A DNA stretch of 64,000 nucleotides from Hydrolagus colliei. Its lineage: Eukaryota. Numbering within the stretch: position 1 is the first letter of the stretch; every line of letters starts with the position of its first letter. This document shows positions 62,645 through 64,000 of this stretch, piece after piece. The notes beneath the pieces are model-generated. The model had not been told where the DNA came from and ran no database searches. It saw only the letters and a list, made by a program, of their open reading frames with translations. The DNA lies in contig CM068770.1 of NCBI GenBank assembly GCA_035084275.1, positions 2,232,001 through 2,296,000 of the forward strand, written 5' to 3'. The translations under genes were made by a program, and so were the position numbers.

Positions 62645-63264
62645 GTGACTTACTTGGTATCAACCGCAAGCAATGGCTTATGAGATGACACAGAGCCTTT
62701 TCTTTACATAACATACTTACATCATTTCCTTTCATTTCCCCTCAAATGATTTTCCGATCCGCTCTCTGTGACTCTCACCTCCCTGGGAGATTAGTGCAAT
62801 TTTCACATCGTTGCCAACATGAAATTAGCAAAATTCCCAACAAGCCGAGTTATTATAATTAGCGCGAGGGTGTTTTTCTTCGCTACAGCGATGCAACATC
62901 TGCACAGTTTAGCTCGCGAAGTGCCAAGTGAAAAGCAAAGTGAAACGTCACCACACAAAAATGGACTGTTTTCACCTGTTCTGATCCTGGAGCTGTCTGG
63001 GCCTCGCGGGTTCTGTGAAGAATATTTGAAATATTTCAATCTTTCAAATATTCTCGGAAAGTCTGAGAGCGGCTGCCCTCTTGATATAAGTGACCGTTTT
63101 GTTTAATTTCAGGATATGAAACGATGCAAACCAACTTCATTTTCTCCAGTGGTGTTTTTAATGCTGGAGGGACAGCACATACATTACTATATAACCTTTC
63201 CCCTTGTCGCAGGTAATCGTGGAATCGTGGAGAAATCGTTTTCTCATTGCGGTCTTTCGAAGAT

Positions 63265-63475
63265 AATAATGATAATAATAATCCTTGCATTTGGTAGAGC
63301 GCTGTTCACATCTTATCAACGTCTCAAAGTGCTTCACGGAATATACTGTAAAGTGAATTGACTGTATATTTGTGGGCGAAACGCGGCAGCCAATTGCGCA
63401 CAGCAGCGTCCCCATAAATAGTCGTGGGTTGAAATGACCAATTTTTATTATAGTTTTTTTGGAGGTATTATTATT
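63265..63475 (-). mobile_element. SINE 3' half
   Basis: Family body and tail on the reverse strand. Confidence 0.9.
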
Positions 63476-64000
63476 ACATAGCTCCTCATCACATCTTCGA
63501 GATGTCTCAAAGCGCTATAAAATATACAGTGTAGTCAATTAACTATATTTTAGGGGCAAAATGATTGTTCACAGTCAGACACTGGAGTTAGCATGCATTT
63601 AAAAGGCAATATAAATGTGATTTTTTTTGTTTTTGTTGCTTAAAGAAGACACGTGCGCTTGTGGAGAAATTGCACCCAACTCTAGATTTACTAGCTATTT
63701 ATTGTGGCAATTTAGAGCATCCATAATTCGGTAACCCTTTGAGTTCAGTCACAACTTTGAAGTCGGTTTTCTTTCGGTTCTTAAAAGTAGCCACATAACA
63801 TTGGCTTCAGAACAAGGCTTTACTTCATTACTTAATAACCATAATACTAATAACACTTCCATTTGATATGGTGTCTTTTACGTTGGGAAGGACGTTTCAG
63901 AACACAGGATTTACTGTGAAGTGTAGCGACTGTATATTTTGCAGATATATTATTTTGAAATGACTAGTATATCAACCTGCATTGTTGTCTAACCTAGTCC

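Noticed and set aside
63158-63415. Recurring peptide LLCAIGCRVSPTNIQSIHFTVYSVKRFE...KCKDYYY in many ORF-track entries
   Set aside because: It is the chance open frame of the SINE 3' consensus, with variable starts and frameshifts between copies. It is not a gene family.
58000-64000. ADAMTS15 terminal exons expected from human synteny
   Set aside because: No thrombospondin-type WxxWxxCSxxCG motifs in the supplied translations or by eye.
1-64000. CRISPR array or prokaryotic defence system
   Set aside because: Repeats are dispersed, on both strands and irregularly spaced, and the DNA is vertebrate. No cas-like ORFs.

Overview
Vertebrate nuclear DNA, most likely from a cartilaginous fish. The SINE, L2 and CR1 repeats resemble those of holocephalans such as the elephant shark; this assignment is from recall and was not searched. 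The only protein-coding sequence I can support is the last coding exon of sorting nexin 19 (SNX19, + strand, 487-610), followed by a repeat-free 3' UTR to about 2.4 kb with a candidate UTR intron and a 39-bp palindrome with perfect 19-bp arms. The other ~61 kb looks intergenic. It holds dozens of copies of a tRNA-derived SINE with an L2-type tail, 3' fragments of L2 and CR1 LINEs, older Deu-domain SINEs, microsatellites, a 158-N gap and several repeat-poor blocks that may be conserved non-coding elements. I found no new gene system. The best signals are structural and evolutionary: two inverted duplications of apparently unique sequence, a locally templated insertion into a SINE A-box, a long and a short form of a CORE-like/Deu-like SINE, compensatory pairing in the SINE/L2 tail hairpin, and A/T-to-G/C biased divergence at 60-62.7 kb. 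Repeat boundaries were read by eye and are approximate, and small fragments are not all listed.
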